A program made the translations under genes and the position numbers. The notes below the pieces were generated by a model. The model was not told where the DNA came from. It did not search any database and saw only the letters and a list, made by a program, of their open reading frames with translations. 64,000 nt of DNA from positions 160,001 through 224,000 of the forward strand of contig CAVTQK010000009.1 in NCBI GenBank assembly GCA_963736855.1, in the 5' to 3' direction. The first letter of the stretch is position 1, and the number at the start of each line of letters is the position of its first letter. This DNA is from an uncultured delta proteobacterium (GTDB taxonomy: Bacteria; Desulfobacterota; Desulfobacteria; Desulfobacterales; UBA2156). Positions 52,660-61,689 of this stretch are shown here, piece after piece.

Positions 52660-53837
52660 GTATTTTTCCCCGCAACGCACAGATGCTCCAATACGACCTT
52701 GCGCATCTCAGCCACAGGAGCCTTTTGACCGGTCCATAATTCGAATTGCCGGGCGCCCTGATGGACGAACATAGAGACACCGTCGATGGGGATCGCCCCG
52801 TGTTTTTCCGCCGCCTGGAGCAGCCTTGTCCGGACCGGATTGTAAACGATATCCATGACCACGCTGCCCGGCCGTATCGCCTTTTCCGGAATCGGCATCT
52901 CTGCTTCATGGGGCCACATCCCCACCGGAGTGGCATGGATCAGAATATCCGGGTCCTTGCCGTCGAATTCCGACAGCAAGCGGAAGTCGGCCCCTAGGTT
53001 GCGGGCCAGCGCTTCTCCCTTGGTCCTGGAACGGTTGTAAAGAATCAGCTGCGCCCCGAAGCGGACGAGTTCCAAGCCGATAGCCCGGGCTGCGCCCCCG
53101 GCTCCGATGATCGCCACGATCTTCCCTTTGACCGGCGTCTTTTCGAGCAAAGCCCTTATCGAGGCCTCGCCGTCCGTATTATATCCGATCAGGCGTCCCC
53201 CATGATTCAAAATCGTGTTTACAGCTCCGGCCGATTCGGCCGATTCATGGAGTTCGTCCAGATACTCCATGACGGCGATTTTAAAAGGAAGTGTCACACT
53301 GATCCCTTTCGCATAGAGGCTTCTTAATCCTTGGATAGCCGTAGCAATTTCCTTTACCTGAAACGCCAGGTAGACGCCGTTATATCCCGTCACTTGCATA
53401 GCTCGGTTGTGCATGACAGGGCTCAGGCTGTGGAATACCGGGTTCCCGATGACGCCAAAAAGCTCTGTCCGGGCATCTGCCGGATGCAGATTGCAGGATA
53501 TGGGTCTTTCGCTTTTCTCCGGCCTCGGATCACGACAGTTCGATCCGTTTTCTTCCTGGACCGCGCGGGAAGCGTCTATGAGGATGCGCATGATTCGTTC
53601 CAGGTGGTCCTCTTTCAAAGGTCCCCGGTTTTTAGACGCCAGGCACCTGACAATCTCTTCTTCCCGTTTGGGATCGATAACGACATCTCCACATTGCTTC
53701 TTGAGCTTCCCGATCCTTCCGGCGATCCGGAGTCGACGATTGGCCAGTTCCAGAATCTTTTCGTCGATGGCGTCGATGGATTTACGCAGATCCGACAGAC
53801 TGCCAAGCCCGTCCAGATGGTCTTTAGGATTTTCCAT
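52656..53837 (-). CDS. aroE: Chorismate mutase (AroQ class)-shikimate dehydrogenase fusion
   Basis: N-terminal LRKSIDAID...NRR...KLKK...DPKRE...ASRAVQ; then GNPVFHSLSP.MHN, VTLPFK, GAVNT, NTD, GAGGAA. Confidence 0.92.
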   Translation of the reverse strand: MENPKDHLDGLGSLSDLRKSIDAIDEKILELANRRLRIAGRIGKLKKQCGDVVIDPKREEEIVRCLASKNRGPLKEDHLERIMRILIDASRAVQEENGSNCRDPRPEKSERPISCNLHPADARTELFGVIGNPVFHSLSPVMHNRAMQVTGYNGVYLAFQVKEIATAIQGLRSLYAKGISVTLPFKIAVMEYLDELHESAESAGAVNTILNHGGRLIGYNTDGEASIRALLEKTPVKGKIVAIIGAGGAARAIGLELVRFGAQLILYNRSRTKGEALARNLGADFRLLSEFDGKDPDILIHATPVGMWPHEAEMPIPEKAIRPGSVVMDIVYNPVRTRLLQAAEKHGAIPIDGVSMFVHQGARQFELWTGQKAPVAEMRKVVLEHLCVAGKNT

Positions 53838-54861
53838 GGATATCCGACATCAACCGTTTCAGTTTTTCCATTGAAATGCGTTCAACCCGGGCCTCTCCGA
53901 GTCGGTTTAAAAACACGAAGTGAATCCCATCTCCTTCGCGTTTCTTGTCCTTTCCGAGCACTGGAAATAAGCGATCACTCTCCAAATCGATGGCTACAGG
54001 CAGGTCCAAACGTTGCAAGAGTCGGATCAGCCGCTGGACCTCGGTTTTACTTAAAGATCCTTCTTGAACCGAAACCCCGGCAGCCATGACCATGCCGATG
54101 CTCACCGCATGGCCGTGAGGCAAGCCCGTGATTGTCTCAATGGCATGGCCGAACGTGTGGCCGAAATTCAGCTTTCGGCGTTCTCCGGCTTCCCTTTCAT
54201 CGGCCTCGACGATCGATGCCTTGATCTGAACGGATTCATAAATCAGTTTCTCAAGAATCGGGGGCTCCAAGGCCAAAATTTCATGCGCGTGGTTTTCCAT
54301 GAAGCTCAACAAGGGTTCATGAGCAATGGCCGCGTGTTTGACGATCTCGGCCAACCCACAAGACACTTCCTTTTCAGGCAATGTTTTTAACACTAAAGGA
54401 TCACACAGGACGAATTCCGGCTGACGGATGGTCCCCACCATATTCTTGTAGCCTTCGAAATTCACCCCGTTTTTTCCTCCGATGGCGGCGTCCACCTGGG
54501 CCAAAAGGGTCGTTGCAACAAGACCGAACCGGACGCCCCGCAGGAAAGTCGAGGCTGTAAATCCCGCCACATCACAAACGATCCCTCCGCCGATACCCAC
54601 CATAAAACTGGAGCGGTCCGCCTGCAGCCGGATGAGTCGGTCATAAAGATCGTAAACGGTCTTTAAAGTTTTAGCGGATTCTCCGATGCCGATCGGAATT
54701 ACCTGTCCCTTTGGAAACCGATTTCCATAATACTTTTGCACCGTGGAATCCGTGATGAGGATGGGATTTTCGACGGGGATATGCCGGGCCAGATCAACGA
54801 GCCCTTCGCCGATCAAAAGACGTGAGGAATTCGGATATCCTTTTAATTGAATTGTCGGCAT
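53824..54861 (-). CDS. aroB: 3-dehydroquinate synthase
   Basis: GESAKT, GGGIVCD, TTLLAQVDAAIGGKNG, LNFGHTFGHAIE, HGHAV, DKK. Confidence 0.95.
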   Translation of the reverse strand: MPTIQLKGYPNSSRLLIGEGLVDLARHIPVENPILITDSTVQKYYGNRFPKGQVIPIGIGESAKTLKTVYDLYDRLIRLQADRSSFMVGIGGGIVCDVAGFTASTFLRGVRFGLVATTLLAQVDAAIGGKNGVNFEGYKNMVGTIRQPEFVLCDPLVLKTLPEKEVSCGLAEIVKHAAIAHEPLLSFMENHAHEILALEPPILEKLIYESVQIKASIVEADEREAGERRKLNFGHTFGHAIETITGLPHGHAVSIGMVMAAGVSVQEGSLSKTEVQRLIRLLQRLDLPVAIDLESDRLFPVLGKDKKREGDGIHFVFLNRLGEARVERISMEKLKRLMSDIHGKS

Positions 54862-54866
54862 TGCTT

Positions 54867-55925
54867 TTAGGCTCTTGATGAGGTCTGCATCAAACGATCG
54901 TGCGTGTTCGTAATGAGTGCTTCCGTCGTTTCCCATGAGATGCATTCATCGGTAATCGATACGCCGTACCGGAGGGTGCTCCAGTCGCCGTTGAACGTCT
55001 GGTTTCCTTCATGCAAATTGCTTTCGAGCATGAGCCCGATGACGGCCTCGCTTCCGGCAAGGCACTGGGCGATGACGTTTTTCCATACTACGGGTTGTCC
55101 CTGATATTTTTTCATGCAGTTGCCATGGGAACAATCCACTATGACGGCCTCAGGCAGCCCTTTTTCGATCAGTTTCAACCGGGCCTCTTCAATGGTGATG
55201 GGGTCGTAGTTTGGCCGCTTTCCCCCTCTCAAGACGATGTGGCCCCAGGGATTGCCGGCCGTTTTCACGACACACGTAGTGCCTTCCTGATCGATTCCCA
55301 GAAAACTTTGGGGGGCCTTCGCCGCAAGCATCGCATTAATGGCCGAGGTCGTATTCCCGTCGGTACCGTTCTTGAAGCCTACCGGCATGGACAGGCCGCT
55401 GGCCATTTCCCGGTGGGTTTGAGATTCAATGGTGCGTGCTCCCACCGCGGCCCAACAGATTAAATCGGCTACGTATTGAGGGGTGATGGGGTCTAAAAAT
55501 TCGGTGGCGGTGGGAAGTCCCATTTCGGTGACCCGAAGCAACAGCCACCGGGCCATGCGCAATCCCTCCGACATATTGCAGGTTCCGTCCAGAGAAGGAT
55601 CGTTGATGAAGCCTTTCCAGCCGATCGTAGTACGCGGTTTTTCAAAATAGACCCTCATCACCAGAAAGAGGGTCTTTTCAACCTTCTCCTTTAAAACAGA
55701 TAGTCTCTGGGCATATTCCAGGGCGGTCTTTTCATCATGGATGGAGCACGGGCCAACAATCACCAAAAGCCGCTTATCTCTTTTGGAAAGTATACCCTCG
55801 ATGGATTCTCGCCCCCGGTGCACGCAATCGACCGCCCGATCGCTGAGCGGCATCTGTTTCTTTAAGACACTTGGAATCATCAACGGATGGTACCCTTTCA
55901 CCCTCAGGTCTTCTGTTGATTTCAT
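54867..55925 (-). CDS. DAHP synthase, class I-alpha (AroF/G/H type)
   Basis: GPCSIHD, RVYFEKPRTTIGWKG, GARTIESQTHRE, DCSHGN, SITDEC. Confidence 0.96.
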   Translation of the reverse strand: MKSTEDLRVKGYHPLMIPSVLKKQMPLSDRAVDCVHRGRESIEGILSKRDKRLLVIVGPCSIHDEKTALEYAQRLSVLKEKVEKTLFLVMRVYFEKPRTTIGWKGFINDPSLDGTCNMSEGLRMARWLLLRVTEMGLPTATEFLDPITPQYVADLICWAAVGARTIESQTHREMASGLSMPVGFKNGTDGNTTSAINAMLAAKAPQSFLGIDQEGTTCVVKTAGNPWGHIVLRGGKRPNYDPITIEEARLKLIEKGLPEAVIVDCSHGNCMKKYQGQPVVWKNVIAQCLAGSEAVIGLMLESNLHEGNQTFNGDWSTLRYGVSITDECISWETTEALITNTHDRLMQTSSRA

Positions 55926-55993
55926 AATACACACCCTTTGCCGCTTGTTTTTTCGTTGAAAAATCGGATCACGCATGATCCCCATGAAGCCCT

Positions 55994-56043
55994 AAAAAGC
56001 AAAAAAGCCGTGGGGGCTTTTTTCATCCACCCACGGCTTTTTT
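55994..56043 (-). terminator. aro attenuator intrinsic terminator
   Basis: AAAAAAGCCGTGGG...CCCACGGCTTTTTT followed by GCTTTTT. Confidence 0.85.
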
Positions 56044-56060
56044 CTTAAAAGGCTATGCCA

Positions 56061-56132
56061 TCAATCCATGGGCAGATGTCTCCTGCTAAAATAAAACCAA
56101 TAAAAATTCTGCCAGGATCGATAAATATACAT
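56061..56132 (-). CDS. Aromatic (Phe/Tyr/Trp) leader peptide of the aro operon
   Basis: SD AAAGGA; MYIYRSWQNFYWFYFSRRHLPMD* (4 Tyr, 3 Phe, 2 Trp in 23 aa). Confidence 0.88.
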   Translation of the reverse strand: MYIYRSWQNFYWFYFSRRHLPMD

Positions 56133-56161
56133 TATAAGATTCCTTTAACTGATGATGGACC

Positions 56162-56189
56162 TTTATATGAGCGTCGATCCCCCTGTCAA
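56162..56189 (-). promoter_or_regulatory. Putative aro operon promoter
   Basis: TTGACA-16-TATAAA, about 30 nt upstream of the leader ATG. Confidence 0.65.
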
Positions 56190-56369
56190 GAGAAAAATGT
56201 ACTTTGTAAAAAATTCTCTGAAAATTCCGAACCGTTTCATACGGATTTAAGATGAACAGGACTTGCAGGTCTTAGGAAGTGGAAACATACCATTCGCATG
56301 CTGTTGTCGATAGGGAGCGGGGTTGGCTTGGTGTCAATAGGTCGAGGACCAGCGACTTTTTCTGGGAGA

Positions 56370-56407
56370 GGAGAAAGCCCCAAGAAGGGATTTTCCTTCT
56401 TGGGGCT
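56370..56407 (-). terminator. Intrinsic terminator of the lipoprotein gene
   Basis: 13-bp stem AGCCCCAAGAAGG/CCTTCTTGGGGCT just after the stop at 56425. Confidence 0.7.
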
Positions 56408-56424
56408 GGAAAGTTAAAAGCAGT

Positions 56425-57057
56425 TTATTTTTTCTTTTGGGGTAGTTTGGTGGCGGCAGCCTTTATCAATTCTTCAGCCTTGACCTTGGCGTCGGCGATT
56501 CCCTGCTCCAACTGTCCGAGCTGATCTTTGATCGCGGTGGCTTTACCCTTGACTTCATTAAATTTTCCTTCGGAAATCATCCCGCTTAACTCGCCGATCT
56601 CCGTTTCTGCCGCAACCAGTTGATCTTTAATGGGTTGCAGCAAGTCAGCGGGTATCTTTGCAGCCTCCGCCTCCGTAATGAGACCTTTCGCTTTTTCAAC
56701 TCCCTGGTTGATTTCATTCACAAGGGCATCGGAGGTTTCCTTGGCTTTTGCCTTCCCCGCCTCGATGGCCGCTTTTGCTTTATCAGCGGCGTCTTTTACC
56801 TGAATTGCAGTTTGCTTTGCCGCTTTATAATCCTTCTTTTCAATCTGCGAATCCAGTTTGACCATCAAATCCTGTGCCGCTTTCAACGCATCGGGAGCGA
56901 ACTGTTCCGCTCCACCGGATATGGCCGCCTGGAGGGCTGCCTTGGATGCATCAATTTCTTGTTTCGGCGGTTGGCCTCCGCAAGCTGAAATGAAGGCGAT
57001 CGTCAGTATACAGCAGAAAAATACGCTTAATTTCCGGATGAAACTTTCCCTTTTCAT
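56425..57057 (-). CDS. Ala/Lys-rich helical lipoprotein (DUF4398-like)
   Basis: Lipobox ISAC, then PPKQEIDASKAALQAA..GAEQFAP. Confidence 0.75.
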   Translation of the reverse strand: MKRESFIRKLSVFFCCILTIAFISACGGQPPKQEIDASKAALQAAISGGAEQFAPDALKAAQDLMVKLDSQIEKKDYKAAKQTAIQVKDAADKAKAAIEAGKAKAKETSDALVNEINQGVEKAKGLITEAEAAKIPADLLQPIKDQLVAAETEIGELSGMISEGKFNEVKGKATAIKDQLGQLEQGIADAKVKAEELIKAAATKLPQKKK

Positions 57058-57375
57058 TGTGATCTTCCTTTCGCAATTTATAATGGTTACAGTTACATAA
57101 AACGACCGGGATCTGGATTTAAAAAAATAGATTCGGAGGGGGCCTTTCCTGCATGACCTTGGAATTTCGAATGAATAAAAGCATGAGAAGTATCCATGAA
57201 AAGCAGGTTGTTGAAGCTTCCATCTTTATCCGTTTCAATCAGTTGCTCAGGCTAAATACACCTATCAAGAATTAAGAGTCAAGTTTATTAAGATTCAATA
57301 GCGGCAGACGGCTTGAGTCCTTAGCCGAATTGGTTCAGCCGTCCGGTTTTCATGCACACTGAAAAAGCTTCTTCC

Positions 57376-57753
57376 CTATTTTCCACAGATCGCTGAAATC
57401 TCAACCCGTGCATCCTTGGGAAGCCGGGAGACTTCTACGGTTTCCCTGGCTGGAGGATTGTCCCCGAAATGCCTGTCATAGACGGCGTTAAATCGGGCAA
57501 AATCGTTCATATCAGCCAAAAAACAGCTGCATTTCAACACATTCTGCAGAGTCAAATCCGCCGCCTCGATGATGGCCTTGAGGTTTTTTAGAACCTGTTC
57601 GGTCTGCTTTTCAATATCTCCCTGGATGAGATTTCCGGTTCCGGGATCGATGGCAATCTGACCCGAGACGAAAAGGAGTCCTCCGCAAACGACAGCCTGG
57701 GAATATGGACCGATGGCTGCCGGCGCCTTATCCGTGGCAATGATCTTTTTCAT
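57376..57753 (-). CDS. ridA: RidA/YjgF family enamine deaminase
   Basis: APAAIGPYSQA, VSGQI, PARETVEVSRLPK...VEI; SD GGAG. Confidence 0.93.
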   Translation of the reverse strand: MKKIIATDKAPAAIGPYSQAVVCGGLLFVSGQIAIDPGTGNLIQGDIEKQTEQVLKNLKAIIEAADLTLQNVLKCSCFLADMNDFARFNAVYDRHFGDNPPARETVEVSRLPKDARVEISAICGK

Positions 57754-57887
57754 ACTCTCCACCCTTTGCCTCTGGATGTGATACCTATGCACCAATATTC
57801 CCTTCAACCATAAGAACATCTATTTTTCAAGACCTATTGCAAGATTTTTCCCCTCACTTGTTTGCTGATCGGTTGCAAGGTTAAAAT

Positions 57888-58042
57888 TGATGGCTTCGTA
57901 AAAAGTCCATCTGCCGCGTTTCACTGCATCCTTCGTCATTGCGGCGTACCCATATGTACACCTCATTCCTCAGGATTTGCGCGCCTTGCATCTGAAGCTT
58001 TTTACTTTGCCATCCTAATTTTGAGTTTTTACGATTTCATCA
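57888..58042. mobile_element. MITE-like element, long copy (155 bp)
   Basis: Same termini as 50751-50832; AAAT duplicated on both flanks; structured interior. Confidence 0.78.
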
Positions 58043-58123
58043 AAATTGCCGTGCTGAAAAAAACTCAGACAGATTCTTCCGGGTCGTTGTAGGGTTCAGA
58101 AATGACACCCCGGACAAAGCGGG

Positions 58124-59743
58124 CTAATCGTACAAACGGGTCAGTTCATCCCGTTCAAAACAGGGCCAGGCCACACGGGTCCCGCCGGATACCGCTTCCA
58201 CGCCCAAGCCCGTCTCCAGAACCTCACCGATACAAGCAACCGGAACCCCGGCCTCCTCTATCCCTTTTATTAGTTTTTCAAAATCCACCGGGCTGCAGGC
58301 GATGAGCAGGCTCCCCGAACCGATGAGTCCCAAGGGGTCTAGTCCCAGGACCCGACAGATTTTTTCGGTTTCCGGAAAGACGGGAATTTTATCCACCTCG
58401 ATGCGGAGGCGGTGCCCACCGGCTGCACTCAGCTCGGCTGCCGCCGTTGCCGCACCCCCCTCGGTGATGTCGTGCATGGCATGAACCCCTTTGAAACCGG
58501 ATGCGATAGCAGCCTCCTTCAGGATGCTGATCCCTGAAATCAGATTCCGACATTTTTGGATCTCTTCTTGCGTCATTCCGGATTCTGCCAGTCGATCCGG
58601 AAATTCGCGGGCAATGATGGCCGTTCCTTCTAAAGCCACCGACTTGGTGAATAACAGCAGATCACCGGTTTTCATATTTTTCTTGTCGATGAACCGAGCA
58701 CTGGAAACGGTCCCTACCACCATCCCCGTCACCACGGGCCGAGTCACGGCATCGGTGATCTCCGTGTGACCTCCGACCAGGGCGATTCCGCACTCCCGGG
58801 CGACCCCGGCCAGTTCCGTCATCACTCCCCGGATCTCCCAGGGAGTCACATGAAGGGGAAACAGCAGCGTTGTCAATAACCAGCGGGGGGTTGCTCCGCA
58901 GGTGGCGATGTCATTGGCATTAGCTGCAACCGCGTAGCGACCCATGGATTCGGTGACAAAGGTGATGGGATCTGATTTGAGAACGATCAAATCCATCGCG
59001 GACCCGTCAACCACCGCCACATCTTCGCCCACTCCGGGAAAAAGTACCACCGAGGGATCGTCACGGGGCAGGATTTTGAGAAAGGTGTCCAGAATGTCGT
59101 TGGGGAGTTTGCCGGCTGTCAGAGGGAGTCCCAGGCGCACGATTCCGGCAAGTTCCGCAAGGCTGGAGATGGTGAAATCACTTTGGAGATCATCGGGGAT
59201 TTGCTTATCTTTGCTTTTCAACAAAGCCGTCCAGGCCCCTGCACGATTTCCGGCCTCTACGTCAAAAATATAATCTCCTACCATGAGAGTCTGCCAAACT
59301 TCGGCATTCAACCTTTGGGCGGCGAGGAACACCGAGTCCGGACTCGGTTTAGGTGCCACCGATTCTTCCCTTGAAAGGATAACGTCGAAATCCGAAGCGC
59401 TTAGATTTTCAAAGTTTTCAAGGCTGCGCAGGATGGAGCGCCTGCTGTTGCGGCTGATGATACTGATTTTCAGACCAATGGCCTTGAGGGTCCGGATCAA
59501 GTCCTCGGCTCCTTCATTCGGAACGGCTCGGATCGCTGCTTGCGCTTCGAATTCGTCCAGCATCCGATGAGCCCTTTCTCTTTCGAAGGCCGTGGGAAGA
59601 GATGCAATAAACTCCAACAACGGCTGGTCTAAAGGACATCCGATAGCCTTTTTAATGCCGGGAAAATCGAGGGCACCCGGCCTGGTGAGGGTACCGTCGA
59701 AGTCAAAAAGAACCGCTTTAAGTCTGAAGGACTTGGGCTTCAT
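58124..59743 (-). CDS. HAD hydrolase fused to an AIR synthase (PurM/HypE)-like domain
   Basis: FDFDGTL...PKP...VGDYIFD; then GKLP, GVGEDVAV, SDPITF, NANDIATCGA, GGHTEIT, MHDITEGG. Confidence 0.88.
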   Translation of the reverse strand: MKPKSFRLKAVLFDFDGTLTRPGALDFPGIKKAIGCPLDQPLLEFIASLPTAFERERAHRMLDEFEAQAAIRAVPNEGAEDLIRTLKAIGLKISIISRNSRRSILRSLENFENLSASDFDVILSREESVAPKPSPDSVFLAAQRLNAEVWQTLMVGDYIFDVEAGNRAGAWTALLKSKDKQIPDDLQSDFTISSLAELAGIVRLGLPLTAGKLPNDILDTFLKILPRDDPSVVLFPGVGEDVAVVDGSAMDLIVLKSDPITFVTESMGRYAVAANANDIATCGATPRWLLTTLLFPLHVTPWEIRGVMTELAGVARECGIALVGGHTEITDAVTRPVVTGMVVGTVSSARFIDKKNMKTGDLLLFTKSVALEGTAIIAREFPDRLAESGMTQEEIQKCRNLISGISILKEAAIASGFKGVHAMHDITEGGAATAAAELSAAGGHRLRIEVDKIPVFPETEKICRVLGLDPLGLIGSGSLLIACSPVDFEKLIKGIEEAGVPVACIGEVLETGLGVEAVSGGTRVAWPCFERDELTRLYD

Positions 59744-59794
59744 TGGTATAATTTCGCAGAAAACGTTTTCCCTATCCGGCCGACAGAAGTTTTC

Positions 59795-60571
59795 TTAATT
59801 CAGGATCTGGCTTAAAAAAAGTCGGGTCCGCTCATGGCGGGGATTCTTGAAAAATTCATCGGGGGTATTTCCTTCTACGATCTGTCCGTAATCCATGAAA
59901 AGTACCCGGTGCGCCACGCTTTTCGCAAACCCCATTTCATGGGTGACCACGATCATGGTCATCCCTTCCCGGGCCAGCTCGATCATGACATCGAGAACCT
60001 CCTTGATCATTTCAGGGTCCAAAGCTGAGGTCGGTTCGTCGAAAAGCATCACCTTAGGGCTCATGCACAAACTCCGAGCGATGGCCACACGCTGCTGTTG
60101 CCCGCCGGAAAGCTGCCCTGGATATTTTTGCGCCTGGTCTGCAATATGGACCTTTTCCAGGACATGCATGGCCAGATCCTCGGCATCTTTTTTCGGTGTC
60201 TTGCGCACCCAGATAGGGCCCAGCGTGAGGTTGTCCAGGATGGTCAGGTGTGGAAACAGGTTGAAGTGCTGAAATACCATTCCCACTTCCTGCCGAATGC
60301 GTTCGATATTCTTCAGGTTATTGATCAATTCGATGCCGTCCACAACGATTTTACCGCGCTGATGTTCCTCCAGACGATTGATGCACCGGATCAGAGTGGA
60401 TTTCCCCGATCCGGATGGACCGCAGATCACAATTCGTTCCTGCTTTTCAACGGTCAGATCGATCCCCTTAAGCACATGAAATTCGCCGAACCATTTGTGC
60501 ATTCCGACGATCTCGATCATAACCTCTTTTCCAGAGGGCTGACTCTCGGGTGTGCCTGGCAGTCGATTCAT
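59795..60571 (-). CDS. aapP: Amino acid ABC transporter ATP-binding protein (AapP/BztD-like)
   Basis: [31 protein letters not shown]. Confidence 0.93.
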   Translation of the reverse strand: MNRLPGTPESQPSGKEVMIEIVGMHKWFGEFHVLKGIDLTVEKQERIVICGPSGSGKSTLIRCINRLEEHQRGKIVVDGIELINNLKNIERIRQEVGMVFQHFNLFPHLTILDNLTLGPIWVRKTPKKDAEDLAMHVLEKVHIADQAQKYPGQLSGGQQQRVAIARSLCMSPKVMLFDEPTSALDPEMIKEVLDVMIELAREGMTMIVVTHEMGFAKSVAHRVLFMDYGQIVEGNTPDEFFKNPRHERTRLFLSQILN

Positions 60572-60591
60572 GCTCTTCCTTTTGAAAGCGG

Positions 60592-61686
60592 TTATCGTCC
60601 GGTGGAAAGTTCCTTTTCCAGTTTTCGACTGTAATTAGCCATGGAAAAACAGCCCAGGAAATACAAGATGGCGATAAATATATAAGCCTCCTTGCTGAAT
60701 CCCATCCACTCAGGGTTGGACAGCACCGATTGGGTCGTCTTCAGCAGATCGAAGAGTGCGATGATCACCACCAGGGATGTATCTTTGAATGCGGAGATCA
60801 GGATGCTTACCGTCGGCGGAATCACGATCTTGAGTGCCTGAGGCAGGATAACCAGCCGCATGGTCAAATAGTAATTCAATCCGATGGAATCCGCCGCCTC
60901 ATATTGGCCTCGGGACATCCCCTGCAACCCGCCCCGAACGACTTCGGCGATATAGGCCGCTGTAAAAAGGATGATGGCAACCTGAGCCCTCAGGATCTTG
61001 TCGATGGTGATCCCTTCCGGTAAAAAAAGCGGGAAGATGATGGAACCCATGAAGAGAAGGCTGATGAGGGGAACGCCCCGGATCAGTTCGATATAGACCA
61101 CGCAAAGGGATTTGATCATGGGCATCTTAGACCGTCGACCCAGCGCCAGGAGAATCCCCAGCGGATATGCAGCCGTAAGCCCGAAAACCGACAAAAGGAG
61201 CGTCAAAGGCAATCCACCCCATTTGGCACTCTCCACCTCGGAAAGTCCGAAAAACCCACCTTTCATGAGGAATCCCATGGCCAAAAGTCCGAAAAGCCAG
61301 GCATATCCTAAACGCTTGCTCCAGCGGCTTCTATCGTGGCTATAGAAAAGTAGTCCAAAGAGGATCAGCATCGCTGCGAGGGGCCGCCATTGCTGGTTGT
61401 AAGGGTAAAATCCGAACAGGATAAACCGTAAATTAGACGTAATAATAGACCAGCAGGCGCCGGTGACCTGACGGCATTCCTGGGATGAACCGACCCATAC
61501 ACTGTCAATGAACATCCATCGAAAAAGCGGGGGGATGACCCGGTACAGGAAATACATGATCAGCAGGGTCAGAAGGGTGTTCAACCACCCATCGAAGAGA
61601 TTCTGCCTGATCCAGCCGATCATACCTACGCTGGTCACCGGCGGTTTGATTTCGCTATCCCGGCTTCGCGGCGTTTCAGGTTGCAT
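60592..61686 (-). CDS. aapM: Amino acid ABC transporter permease (AapM/BztC-like)
   Basis: GACW...GFYP...[29 protein letters not shown]. Confidence 0.9.
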   Translation of the reverse strand: MQPETPRSRDSEIKPPVTSVGMIGWIRQNLFDGWLNTLLTLLIMYFLYRVIPPLFRWMFIDSVWVGSSQECRQVTGACWSIITSNLRFILFGFYPYNQQWRPLAAMLILFGLLFYSHDRSRWSKRLGYAWLFGLLAMGFLMKGGFFGLSEVESAKWGGLPLTLLLSVFGLTAAYPLGILLALGRRSKMPMIKSLCVVYIELIRGVPLISLLFMGSIIFPLFLPEGITIDKILRAQVAIILFTAAYIAEVVRGGLQGMSRGQYEAADSIGLNYYLTMRLVILPQALKIVIPPTVSILISAFKDTSLVVIIALFDLLKTTQSVLSNPEWMGFSKEAYIFIAILYFLGCFSMANYSRKLEKELSTGR

Positions 61687-61689
61687 TTT

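Noticed and set aside
57862..58092. 76-aa ORF over the MITE
   Set aside because: Spurious translation of the repeat.
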